A stretch of DNA of 64,000 nt from Cyanophora paradoxa CCMP329 (lineage: Eukaryota; Plantae; Glaucophyta), in contig QPMI01000173.1 in the NCBI GenBank assembly GCA_004431415.1, forward strand, positions 102,949 to 166,948, in the 5' to 3' direction. The notes beneath the pieces were generated by a model. The model had not been told where the DNA came from, did no database searches, and saw nothing but the letters and a program-made list of their open reading frames with translations. The position numbers and the translations under genes are program-made. This document shows, piece after piece, positions 23,299 through 38,500 of this stretch; the first letter of the stretch is position 1, and every line of letters starts with the position of its first letter.

Positions 23299-25946
23299 AT
23301 GAATCTGCTGCCAGTCCTGATCGTCGGCTGGGCCGTCGCCCAAATTCTGCGTGAGCAGAACGCACAGCGCGAGGAGCGACGCAGCCTGATTACTGTGCGC
23401 CGCTGGCGCGTCCACGTATGCGTGCGCTTTGAATGACATCCCACAGAGCGCAGAGGCTGGCGATACGCATAGCGTACGTGCGCTTCTGACGTCGACGCGA
23501 GGGGAAAATGAAGCGACAGAAGCGCTCCGGGCGGCGGTGAAGTCCGGAAGAAGCGACACCTTCCGCATTCTCTTTGAGTCCGGCCTTGCGGATCCGACGA
23601 CCACGGAAAGCGACGGTGCCATCGATATCTGGATGTACATGTCTAGATCTAGATCAGCATCGCGTTTGGCGCCCCGGCACACTGACGCGCTCGGGCGAAG
23701 GCTACAACCTGCTACATCTCGCCGCAATCGGCCTCGGGGATCCCTCGACGGAGCGCGAGGCGCTGCGCATCTTCCGCCGCCTCGTCGAGAGCGGCCTCCT
23801 GCCCGGCGACTCGAGGACGGACGACGGGGTGACGCCGCTTGCGCTCGCTGCCGGCGCCGGCCACGCCGAGGCCGTCGGGCTCCTCCTCGAGGCGCCAGTG
23901 GACGTCAACGCCGCGGACTCGCGCGGGCGCACCGCCCTCACGCGCGCCGCCGACGCGCTCGCCCCCGCCGTCGTGAGGCGCGCCCGGCGCCCCGCCGCGC
24001 GATTCCCGCGGCCGTGCCGACCCGGCGCGCGCGGGGCGCAGGCACCTGCTGGCGATGCGGGCCGACCCGAACCAGCGGGACTCGAAGGGCGACACGGCGC
24101 TGATCATCGCGGCGGGGTCGGCGACGAACGCGCCGGCGCGCCGCGGGGCGGCCGTCGACGTCATCCGCGCCCTCCTCGACAGCGGCGCGCGCATCGACGA
24201 GGCGCGACCCGGCCCGCGCCCGCCCGGCCCTTGGCGCCCCCCTTCTCACCTGGCGCCTCTCGCCCTGCAGGCGAACAAGGGCGGAACGACGGCGCTGGCG
24301 GCGGCCTGCGCGCGGGGCAACGTGCCGGCCGTCGCCGCTTTGCTCTCCGCCGGCGCCTCCGCGAACCTGGTGGCGCTAGCGAGCTTCGGCCGCCCCGGCG
24401 CCCCCTCCCTGCTCACGATTCGCCCGCAGTGCGACCGGCGCCGCCACACGCCCCTGAGCCGCCTCTGCTCATCCCCCGCCGTTCTCGAATCCGACCAGGC
24501 GGGCGCTGCGCCGCCGCCGCCGCCCCGCCCCACGCGCGGCTCACCTGCCATCCCTCAGATCACGATCGCCCGCATGCTGCTGGGCGCGGGTGCCCGCATC
24601 GAGCACCGCACGGCCGAGGGCCTCACGTGCGCGAAACCTCGCGCTCCCTCCGCCGCGGCGCCGGCCGGCTTTGCGCTCAGGCGCCGCGCAGGCCGCTGCA
24701 CCTGGCGGCGCGCTCGGGGCGCGGAGGGCTCTGCGGGGCCCTCCTGGATCTGGGCGCGGACCCCTGCGCGACCGACTACAGCCGCGTCCGCCGGTGCGGC
24801 CGGCGTCGGAAGCGCAGAGCAGCCCCTGCCGCTGCCCCTCCGGCCGACGTCTCCGCGCAGGACGCCAGTTGCGTGGGCGAAGGACGACGAAGTAAGGCGG
24901 TTGGTGCGCGCTCGAGCGCCCCGTGGCCGGCCCCGCTCCGCCCTGCCGGCGCCCGTCTTAGGGCAGGGCGTCAGATCGAGGATCGCAGGGACGCCCTCAT
25001 TCGCTTCTCTGACGCCCCGGGGGCGCCCGCCCGGGCCCCGCCCGCCCCCGCGCCCCCTCCGATTTCGGACTCCGGGGCGGGGGCGGTCGCTGCCCCCAGC
25101 GCGGGGCCCAGCTCCGGGGGCCACCTCTCGCGCGCCCCGCAGCCGGCGCCCCCGCCGCGGCCCGCCCCGAGAGCGGACGAGGACGAGTGAGCGCCGCCCT
25201 GCTGCGGGCACGCCCGCCCGCGCCCGCCGGCCCACCCTGCTGCCCCCGGCGCAGCTTCGTGCTCGTGGACGTGCAGCGGCCGAGCCGCCCCGTGTGAGCC
25301 CCGCCCCCTCCGCCTTCCCCACGCCAACCTCAGGGCGCCGCGCAGGGCGGACGAGGGCGCGGCGCTGATCGCGGCGGCCCTCGCGGCGGCCGCGGTGCCG
25401 ACGGGGGCGTCGGGGCCGCGGCAGGCGTCTCCCGCTCCGCCCCCAGCGAGCGCCCCGCCGCTGCCCTCCGAGGAACCGGAGGTGGACGAGTCACCTGAGC
25501 GGCGGGCCCTGCGGGAGGAGCTCACGTGCCCCATCTGCTGGGGCATCTACGCCGACCCCCTCTCCATCCCCGTGCGCCGTACCCCTTCCCCCCCCCCCCC
25601 CCTCTGATTCGGCGCACCCCGGCAGAACTGCAACCACTCGTTCTGCGCCGAGCACCTGGACGACGTCATCGCGAACGGTACGGCGCGGGCAGTGGAGCGT
25701 GAGGCCCTCTTTGGGACTCGGCTGAGCTCGTCCGCTAGGGCCGTCCCGCCTGGCTGCCTTCTTCCGGCTCGTCGTCCGCTGCCCGCTCTGCCGGCGCGAG
25801 GAGCCCAGCACGGAGGTGCCTCTATCCACCCTGGAATCCCACCCCCCGACGCGGCGGCACAGGTGTACCCGAACGTGGAGCTGAGGGCGCGGGTCCGCGA
25901 GTTCCTCGCCTCTGCCCCCCAGCCGCAGGCCGCGTGCTCCCCTTGA
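23299..25946 (+). CDS. Ankyrin-repeat protein with C-terminal RING finger (putative E3 ligase); start uncertain
   Basis: Ankyrin motifs GYNLLHLAA, DGVTPLALAAGAGHAEAVGLLL, KGDTALIIAA, GGTTALAAACARGN, PLHLAARSG. RING REELTCPICWGIYADPLSIP|NCNHSFCAEH...CPLCR followed by YPNVELR. Confidence 0.85.
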
Positions 25947-26090
25947 GCGCGGGGCGCGCCGGCGCGCGCCGGAGAAGGCAGCCGGCGCCTCGCAGTGTAC
26001 ATAATGAATACTGCCTTTGATCGCCGTGAGCGGGGAGCGGGAACTAGGGGAGGGAAGGAGGGGAAGGCGGGAGGCCGAGGGGAGGGGGCG

Positions 26091-26680
26091 CTAGGACATC
26101 ACGCCGGACTGGGAGGCGCCGAAGTTGGGCGCCGAGAATTGAATGTCCGGCTGCTCGTACTGCGCCGGCTCGTCGGTTCCTGCGGGCGAGGCGCGTCAGG
26201 GCGCGCTGTCCACTGGCATGGAACTCGGGCGGAACGGGCGGCCGGCGGGCGGAGCGCGGCGCGATCGCAGCGTCGGCGGCAGCGTACCTATCCTGTACAC
26301 GAGGAAGAGCACGTCGTCGTTCTTGATGTTGTACGCGGCGAGCAGGTCGTCCTCACGCAGCGGCGTGGAGTCGTAGAGCAACCGGAACGAGGTCGGCGAC
26401 TTCTTGTTGATGAATGCTGCGCAAGACGATCGGCGCGGCTGCGTTGGAGCCCTAGCTACGGCCGCTCGCCGGAGCAGCGCACCTAACTTGGACATGACCT
26501 CGTGGACTTTCGTGGTATTGAAATCCACGTGCAGGAAGATTGTTTGATTCCTCCTCTTGATGCGGATGTAGTTCTTGCCGTCCTGCGCGGGAGCGGCGGC
26601 ATCCTCGTCAGGAGAAGCGGGAGGGCATCTCGCGCCACTCCCATCGCATCTAACCGAGCGTCGGGAGCGCAGCGCACCAT
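26091..26680 (-). CDS. ELOB: Elongin B-like ubiquitin-fold protein
   Basis: Spliced M|DGKNYIRIKRRNQTIFLHVDFNTTKVHEVMSKL|AFINKKSPTSFRLLYDSTPLREDDLLAAYNIKNDDVLFLVYRI|...; resembles the Elongin B N-terminus (IRRHKTTIF). Confidence 0.65.
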
Positions 26681-26925
26681 CGCTGGGAGCTCTAATGAGC
26701 GGCGCCAAGAAAAAAAGTCGGTGTGCGGGGGACGAGCCAGTCCGGGGCACCGAGATTTCGAGGCGGCGGACCGAAAGCAGGCCTTGCAGGCGCCGCTCGC
26801 AGCGCACTCAATAGTAAAGCTACGGGGGATAGCTCGCGGAGCTTCCGGGCGGGTCGCGGCGTCGCCTGCTCGTTCGAGCTGTTTGCCGTGTATCGGACCA
26901 CGCCATCGCTTTACAAACTTCGAAA

Positions 26926-30428
<3,503 letters not shown>

Positions 30429-31004
30429 CCCACGCCGGCCCCAGCGCCCCGCCCCCGCCCCCGTGTTTGGAAGCGAGCGCACCCCTGCGTGTCTGGAGCG
30501 TCTCTCAGCCCGCTCGAAACGGGGCCGGTAGGGCTGCGCGAGCCAGCGACGGGGTACAGATTCGAGAGGGAGGGGCGTGGTTCAGCCTCAGCGGGCGCGC
30601 GGCTGCTACCAACGTGGGGCGCTTCGCTGATAGCTCTGATCCGCGATTAATATTAATATTGGATCCCGTCGCCCCGGCCCAGCATTCGGTGCCTCTGATC
30701 ATCTCCAGTTCAAATCTGACTCATTTGACGAAAAAGCTCAAGAACTTCGGAACACGCATCCGATGCTCCGGGAAGCCGAGGCCCTGAGGCTAGTGCTCGT
30801 TCATCATGATCATGAGCTGGCCCCTTGCTGAAAAAACTTGAAAAAAGCTTAAGAACACGCACACCGTCGGACAACCGTTGAACGCGATAAGCGGCCAAAT
30901 AAAAAAGATGTACAACCTCATACAGGCCGAGGCCCGAGGCGCCCCTCCCGACTAAAGAATAATTTCAACTCAGTGAGACACCGCGAACACCGAAACCGCG
31001 GAGC

Positions 31005-32033
31005 TTTTTTTTTTTTGAGAGACTACGGTGGGGCGAACCCCCCGTAGGTAGTGATATTAAAGACAACAAAGCAATCACAAATCAAAGATACAGTAAACTA
31101 GCACAAAATATATACAGAATCAAGAGGGATCACGAGAAGGGACACGATCAGAAGAACGCAAAAGATAAGGAGAACGAGCACGAGGAGAAGGAGTAGAAGA
31201 GCTCAAGGGCGTCGATGCAGAAGTACTAGTCACACTAGAACGACGAGGAGCACGGGGACGCAGCAAATAAGGAGAACGAGCACGAGGAACTACAGTCGAA
31301 GACGAAGATCTAGACGAAGACGACAAGACAGAGCTAACAGCAGAACTAGAAGACGTAGTCGCAGGAGGCAAAGGCGGTAGAACAGTAGGAGAGGCGAAAC
31401 GTAGGACACCACTAGAGGGAAAGTCGAAGCTGGCGGAGTGTCTAAACGGAATCGAGATTGTAGAGTTGGTAAAACAATGGACGGCTGAAGACTAATCTGA
31501 GGAACTGGGGACGACACGAGGAAAGGGGCAGAGCTCGGGTGCAGACTCGGAATCGGCAGTATAAGAGGAGGGGCGAAACGCAAGCCAGTAGTGACAGGGA
31601 AGGCAGACGATGGGGCTGAACCAGGCGGGAGAGGCAAATATAGCGAAGTAGAAGAGAGAGAAGGGTACACACGAGGAACGTCACCATACACAAAATACTC
31701 GCTGCCAAAAACTATACGGTCTGACGGTCGCTGAAGATAAAGAGGCGGAACTGCCTGAGGGCTAACAGTGAGAGATGGAGGAGGAAGAGGCAGAGCTAAC
31801 GACAAAGGGAACGGAATCAAAGGTACAGGGAAGGCATGGAATACACGAGGAACTGGAAGGTGGAGGGGGCCAGTGCTCCTAACTAACATCGATGAAGCAT
31901 CTGATGGAGGTGACGGCAAAACAACTGAGGGTAAACTAAGTTGAGGTGAAGCGAAGATTGATACAAGACTATCATGAATCAAAGGGGGCCATGCAGGAAC
32001 CGGCGGAACCGATTGATTGTAGGAACCGGGGCA
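31005..32033 (-). mobile_element. 5'-truncated retroposed element (LINE-like 3' end or retrocopy) with poly(A), terminal hairpin and 14-bp TSD
   Basis: gaaaccgcggagct occurs at 30992-31005 and 32034-32047; T12 at 31005-31016 (poly(A) on the minus strand); hairpin at 31023-31047; intronless, compositionally distinct Pro/Ser-rich frameshifted ORF ending ...RDPS* at 31120. Confidence 0.8.
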
Positions 32034-32541
32034 GAAACCGCGGAGCTGAGGGGCGGAACCGATTGATTGTAGGAATTCGGATTTGATTCCGATATACAAG
32101 TCCGACGGTCTGGCCCCAGTGGGGTCCTTCCCCGATTCCCACATCATAGTATACAGGTCTGGGGTCCTCCTCCGAGCCCGGAATCCTTGCTCTGAATTTC
32201 GAATTCGAAGATGAAACAATCATTGAATTCAATTGGATGATCATCGGATGACAGGGGCAGTCAGGGTGCGTGCGGCCGCGCGGGTGGCCGGGCGTAGGGC
32301 CGACTCAGTGATCATGAGCTGCCAGGCCTAGGCTGGCTCATGTACGAAAAAGCTACTCATTGAAGAAAAAGCTTGAGAGCATATATACAACGCGATAAGC
32401 AGCGAAAAAGATGCCCGTACACAGCGGAACACAGGGCGAGGCTGAAGGCGGCGGGGCCGGGCCCAGAGGGGGCCCGGCCCGAGGCCGGGGGGCGAGAGCG
32501 CGGAGAAGGTGGGAGGCGGGGAGGGCGGGGAGGGGCGGGGG

Positions 32542-35500
32542 CTAGAAGGGGCGGCGGAGCTCCTTCATGGTGGCGTCGAGCGTCCCGTCGGGCCGCAGCT
32601 CGTAGAGGACGGTCTGCATCCCGACGGCCCCCGCCGGCACGCGGATCAGCGCCGCCCGCGCCACCGGCACAGCCGCCGCCGCCCCAGGCCCCTTCTTCCG
32701 CTTGGGCTTGAGCTTGGGCTTGGCGGGGGGGAAGCCAAGCGGGGCGTAGGAGGCGCCGGAGCCGCTGAGACCGGGGGCCCCCGCCGTGCTCTCGTCGCCC
32801 CGGGCGGAGCCGGAGCCGGAGCCGGAGCCGCCGCCGGGGAGGTGCATCGCCTCGAAGGGGCTCCGCCCCCCCGGCGGGTCCGCGAGGCCCGCCAGCTCCG
32901 CCTCCTCCTCCTCCCCCAGCTCCTGCGGCGCCGGCGGCGCGAGCGGCGCGCGCTCCTCCTCCGCCGGGGGCGCGTGCGCGTGCATCGCCTCGAACGCGCT
33001 CCCCGAGGCGGCGGCGGAGGCGCCGGCCTCGAGCCCCGCGGAGGAGCGCGGGCGCGGGGGCCCCTCCAGGCCCGCCTCTGCCGCCGTCGGGTCGGGCCCG
33101 GCGCCGCGGCCGTCCCACGCGACGACGACGGCGCCGCGGGCCTCGAGGGCGGCGCGGGCGGCGCGCCCCCCGGAGCCGCGCGAGGCCGGCCGGTCGGCAG
33201 CCTCCAGCGCCCCCGCCGAGCGCGTTGCCCGCAGGCCGCCCGGCGGCGCCAGGCTGGCGGGGCCGGTGCGGGGCTTGCCGGGCCCGGGCGGCGCCGGGGC
33301 TGGAAGCTGAGGGCGGGCGCGGGCGCGGAGGAGAGGGCGGCGAGCTCGGACTTGTGGCTCTGCTCGTAGACGCGCCCCGCGATGCGCACCGCGGCCGAGA
33401 CGCGCCGCGCGCCCTCGGGCCCGCCGTGCGCGCACTCCTCGTGGAAGCAGGCGCAGGGCAGGCCCGGCGCGAACCCGTGCGCCCGGCCCCCGGCGACCGC
33501 TCGCCCCGCCCGCCCTCGCTCGCCTCCGCCTCCGCCTCGCCGCTCCGGCGGTGCAGGGCCGGCAGCGAGGCGCCGCCAGGGGCGAGGGGGCGGGCGGGGC
33601 GGGGGCGCGGGGCGCTCCGGGAGGGGGGTCGATGTCGGGAGGGAGCGGGCGGCGCGGCGGAGCGGGGGCAGCTGCTCCCCGTGCCCCTCCCCGGCCCCCG
33701 CCGAGGCGCCGCCCTCCCCGCTGCTCCCCGCCGGCGACGGCGAGCGGGACGGGGTGCGCGAGGGGCCCGGCGGGGAGGAGGCCCGCAGCGGGGCGGGAGG
33801 CGGTGCGCCGCCCCGGGGAGAGGGCGCCCGGGGCGGCGGAGGGGTAGACGACGCGGGCCCACTCGGCGGGGCGATGGCGCCGTAGAGGAGGGGCGGGGCA
33901 TCCGCTTGGGCCCGTGCGCGAGCTCCACCAGCACGGGGCTCGCCGGCGAGGGCCGCCCCGCCCCGCCCCGCCGCCCCGCGCCGGCGACGTCGCCACGGGC
34001 GGCGGCGCGGCCTTCTTCCGCCGCACCGCCACCTGCTGCCGCTGCTGCAGCCGCGCCCGCAGCCGCCGCGCGAAGAGCGACCGCGCGCAGGCCTGCGGCG
34101 AGGGGCGGCGCGTGAGGCGCGGGCCGGGGCGGGGCGGGACGGGCGGGGGCGGGGAGCACCTGGATGGCGGCGGCGGCGGCGTGCTGCTCGGGCCCCGCGG
34201 CGGCGAAGGCGGCGGCGCGCTGCGCGGCGTGCGCCCGCTGGCGGTCGCGCAGCGGCCGGGCCCGCCGGGCGAGGAGCGGGAGGCGGGCGGCGAAGGCGCG
34301 CCACGCGCACTGCACGACGAGCGCCGCCGCGCGCGCCGCGAGCCGCTCGGCCCGCGCCGCGGCGATCGTGCGCTCCGCCTCGGCGCGGAGGCGCAGGAGC
34401 TGGCGGCGGGCGAGGCGGGCCCGCGCCGCGCACTGGAGGCGAGGGCGGCGGGGCCGCGGCGCGGGGCGAGGAGGCGGTCCGCGAGGGGCGTCATGCGCCC
34501 CGAGAAGGACTCCCACGCCCGCCCGCCCCGCGCCACGCCCCGCACCATCTCCCGCACCCGCACGCACCGCCACACCGCCTTCGCGGGGCGGGATCAGGGG
34601 CCGAGGCGGGGCGGGGGCGGGGCGGGGTCGGACCTGGATGCGGGCGGCGGCGAGGAAGAGGATGGCGGCGCGGTGGGCGCGCAGGCGGCGGCGGGCGCCG
34701 AGGGAGCGCCAGAGGCTCTGGAGGCGGAGGGCGGCGGAGGCGCGGAGGGCGGCGGCGGCGGCGGCCTCGGCGTCCGCCTCGGCGGCCTCGAGGAGCGCCT
34801 CGCCGACCACGAGCGAGGCGGGGCGCGAGGGCGAGGGCGACGCCAGGCCGGCGGCCTCCCGCATCGCCTCGTTCACGAGCAGCGAGGCCGGGCGCGACGG
34901 AGAGGGCGAGGCCGAGGAGGCGGCGGCGCCGGCGGCCTCGCGCATCGCCTCGCCGACGATGAGGGATGCGGGGCGGGAGGGCGAGGGGGATGAGGCGGAG
35001 GAGGAGGCGGGGGGCGGGAGGAGGGAGCGGAGGGCGGAGGCGGCGGCGGCGCGGGCGGCGGTCTCGGGGGGCGTCATGGCGCGCCACTCGGCGATGGGGA
35101 GGAGGCTCAGCGCCGCCGCGTCGTCCATCGCGATGTCCACCACCAGCGACGCCGCCCGCGACACCGTGAACGACGGGCGCCGCTCCCCTTCCCCCTCCGA
35201 CTCGCACGCTTCTGCTCCGGCAGCGCCCGCCGCCGGCTCCGGCTGCGCGGCGCCTTCCGCCGGCTCGATGGTGAACCGCAGGTGCAGCGCGCTGCCGGCC
35301 AGCTCCTCGGGCTTGGTGGCGAGGGGGCGGGAGGTCTCCATGGGGAACCAGCCCTCGAGCGCGGCCCCCGAGCCGAGCTCGTCGAGGCGGACGCGGACCT
35401 CGCCCATGTACTTGGGGGCGAGGAAGCGGGCCCAGCACCAGACCTCCACGACCAGCACCTCCTCCGCCGGCGCCTGCGCCACGTACGCCTCCGCCTCCTC

Positions 35501-38500
35501 GTAGCCCCACTCCGGGTCCAGCGTCGTGTACTTCGGCTTCGACTCGCCCAGCGCCACCGCCCCCTCGTTCTCCCGGATCGGCTTCTCGCTGATGGGCGCC
35601 ATGTTGCGGCCGGCGTAGACCATCACGTACGGGTGCGACTTGCCGTCCGACTGCTTCGCCACCAGCGACCGGCCCGCCACGACCGCCACTCGGACCGTGT
35701 CCCCGGGTCGGACTCCCGCCGGACGCAGCGCGGCCTGCGCTGCGGCAGAAGCTGACGCGCCTGCCACATGTTCCATCTCGGCCATGGCCGGCGCCGCTCC
35801 CGCATCAGCCGCGCCCTCCGCCGGCAACGACTCCGCAGCCGTCGCCGCCGTTTCTGCTCCGGCAGCGCCCGCCGCCGGCTCCGGCTGCGCGGCGCCTTCC
35901 GCCGGCTCGATGGTGAACCGCAGGTGCAGCGCGCTGCCGGCCAGCTCCTCGGGCTTGGTGGCGAGGGGGCGGGAGGTCTCCATGGGGAACCAGCCCTCGA
36001 GCGCGGCCCCCGAGCCGAGCTCGTCGAGGCGGACGCGGACCTCGCCCATGTACTTGGGGGCGAGGAAGCGGGCCCAGCACCAGACCTCCACGACCAGCAC
36101 CTCCTCCGCCGGCGCCTGCGCCACGTACGCCTCCGCCTCCTCGTAGCCCCACTCCGGGTCCAGCGTCGTGTACTTCGGCTTCGACTCGCCCAGAGCCACC
36201 GCCCCCTCGTTCTCCCGGATCGGCTTCTCGCCGATGGGCGCCACGTTGCGGCCGGCGTAGACCATCACGTACGGGTGCGACTTGCCGTCCGACTGCTTCG
36301 CCACCAGCGACCGGCCCGCCACGACCGCCACTCGGACCGTGTCCCCGGGCCGGACTCCCGCCGGACGCAGCGCGGCCTGCGCTGCGGCGGACGCCGCCGC
36401 CTGCGCCGCCTCCGCTTGGGCCTCGCGGGGCGGCGCGGCGGCCTCCTCGGAGCCTGGTCGCGCCCGGCGGCCTCGCCCTCCTCCGCGGCGGCCTGCACGG
36501 AGACCTCCGCGACGCGCGGCCCGCGCGCTCGAGGGCCACCCGCACGCGCGCCCCCGCCACGTCGGCCTCGCTCGCCGCCCCGGGGCGGGTGGTGGCGAGG
36601 CGGAGCCAGCCCTGCCAGGGGAGCCGCAGCGGCGGCCCCAGCGGCATGCGGGCCTCGCCCAGGTAGAAAGGCTCCTCCCACCGCGTCGCGCTCCACACCT
36701 GCCGCGGCGGCGGGGCCCTGTTAGCGGCGCCCCGAGAGGAGGCGGGGCGGGCGGGAGGCAGGGGCGGGGCCCGTGCCTCGACGGCGAGGGCGGCCTTGGC
36801 GGGCTCCTCGCTGCAGGCCCACTCGGCGGCGACGAAGTCCCACTCCGGGGCCAGCGTGCCGGCCGCCGGCTCGCTCGCGCCGAGGCGGCGGGCCCGCCCT
36901 CGGGGGCACGGGGCGCCCCTCCTCGAGGCCCGCCCCGGCGTAGACGACCGCGTAGGCGTTCGCCACGCCGCCGGGGGCGCGAGCGGCGAGGCCCTTGGCG
37001 CCCACGACGCGCACCCGGAGGCGCTCCCCGGGCCGCAGCGGCTCGCCCAGGTCCGAGGCCGACGCCGCCGTCGCCGCCTCCTCCGCCTCCGCCCGCCCCA
37101 CCTCGGCGGCCCGCGCGGCGGCGGCGCCGGCCTCCTCCGAGGGGCGCCGCTGGCGGGCGGGGAGCGGGTCGATGCGGACGAGCACCTCGGCGCCGCGCAC
37201 GTCCAGCACGGGGTCCGCCAGCTCGGGCCGCGAGGACTCCAGCGGCCGCCAGCCCTCCCACGGCGCCCGCGCCCACGGCCCCAGCGGCACACGCGCCTGC
37301 GCCCGCCCGCCCGCCCGGTCGGTCGGTCGGGAAGCGCGAGAAGCAGGGGAGAGCGAGGAAGCAGTGGAGACGGCCTAGGGCGGTGCGGCACAGGTGGGGA
37401 CAAGGGAGGGGCGCGGGCTGGCCCGGGGTGCGGGGGGGGAGGGGGGGGGGGGGGGGCGGGGGGCGGGGGAGGGCGGGGCGGACCTCGCCGACGTAGAAGG
37501 GCCCGAGGAAGCGGGAGTGGCCCCAGACCTCCACGGCGACGGCCTCCGCCTCGGGCTCCTCCCCCACCTCGTGCTCCTCCTCCGCCGCGTAGTCCCACAC
37601 GGGCTCCCGCGTCGCCAGCCGCGCCGCGCTCTCCCCCAGCTGCCGCACCCCGGGGCCCCGCGCCGGCCCCCCGAGGCGGGGCCCATCCGCCCCGCGAAGA
37701 CGACCGCCAGCGGGTTCAGCGGGCCGTCGGGCTGCCGCGCGGGCAGGCCGCGCGCCCGCACCACGCTGACGCGCACCCGGTCGCCGCGCCGCAGCGGCCG
37801 CGCCTCGGGCCACGCGGCCGCGCGCAGGGCCTCCGCCGCGTGCGCCTCGCGCGCCGCCCGCTCCGCCTCGAGGGCGGCGCTGAGGGAGCGGATGCCGTCC
37901 TCGCGCCCGCGGTGCGCCTCGGCGGCGGCGTCGGCGGCGGCGGCGGCCACGCCGGCGGCCGCGAGGGCGACGGCCGCCTCGCACGCCTCGGCCCGCCGCA
38001 GCTCCTCCTCCTGCAGCGCCGCCGCCGCCGCCTCCACCGCCGCCGCCGCCGCCTCGGCCGCCTCCCGCGCCTGGCGGGCGGCCCAGCGGCGGGCCTCGCG
38101 CTCGGCGGCGAGGCGGGCGGCGCGGCGGCGGGCGAGGTGGCCGCGGAAGAGGCGCTGGACGGCGGCGGCGGCGCGCTCCTCGAAGCAGAAGCGCGGGTCG
38201 TCGCGCACGTCCACGTTGTTCACCAGGTCGTGGTAGTACACCTCCCTGCGCAGAAGCCTGAGGGCGGGGCGCGGCGCGCGCTTTTTTTCGGCGGCGAAGC
38301 TCCTAGCCTCGGAGCGGAGGTCTTAGGTAGCGGGTGCCCAGAGGCGGGGCGCGGGGGCGACGGGGAGGGGCGGGGCGGGGCCTCGGGGCGGGGGCGGCGG
38401 GGCGCACCCGTCGGCGTCGGCGAAGTCGAACCAGAGCTCGACGACGCGGCGGCCGGCGAAGACGACGTGCACGAAGGTCTCCTGGGCCGCCCGCAGGAAG

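Noticed and set aside
32357-37984. 1875-aa ORF and other very long Arg/Pro/Gly/Ala-rich ORFs (e.g. 36796-39429, 51521-55190)
   Set aside because: Stop-codon scarcity in extreme-GC DNA; only parts are in the true exon frame, and the rest is intron read-through or antisense.
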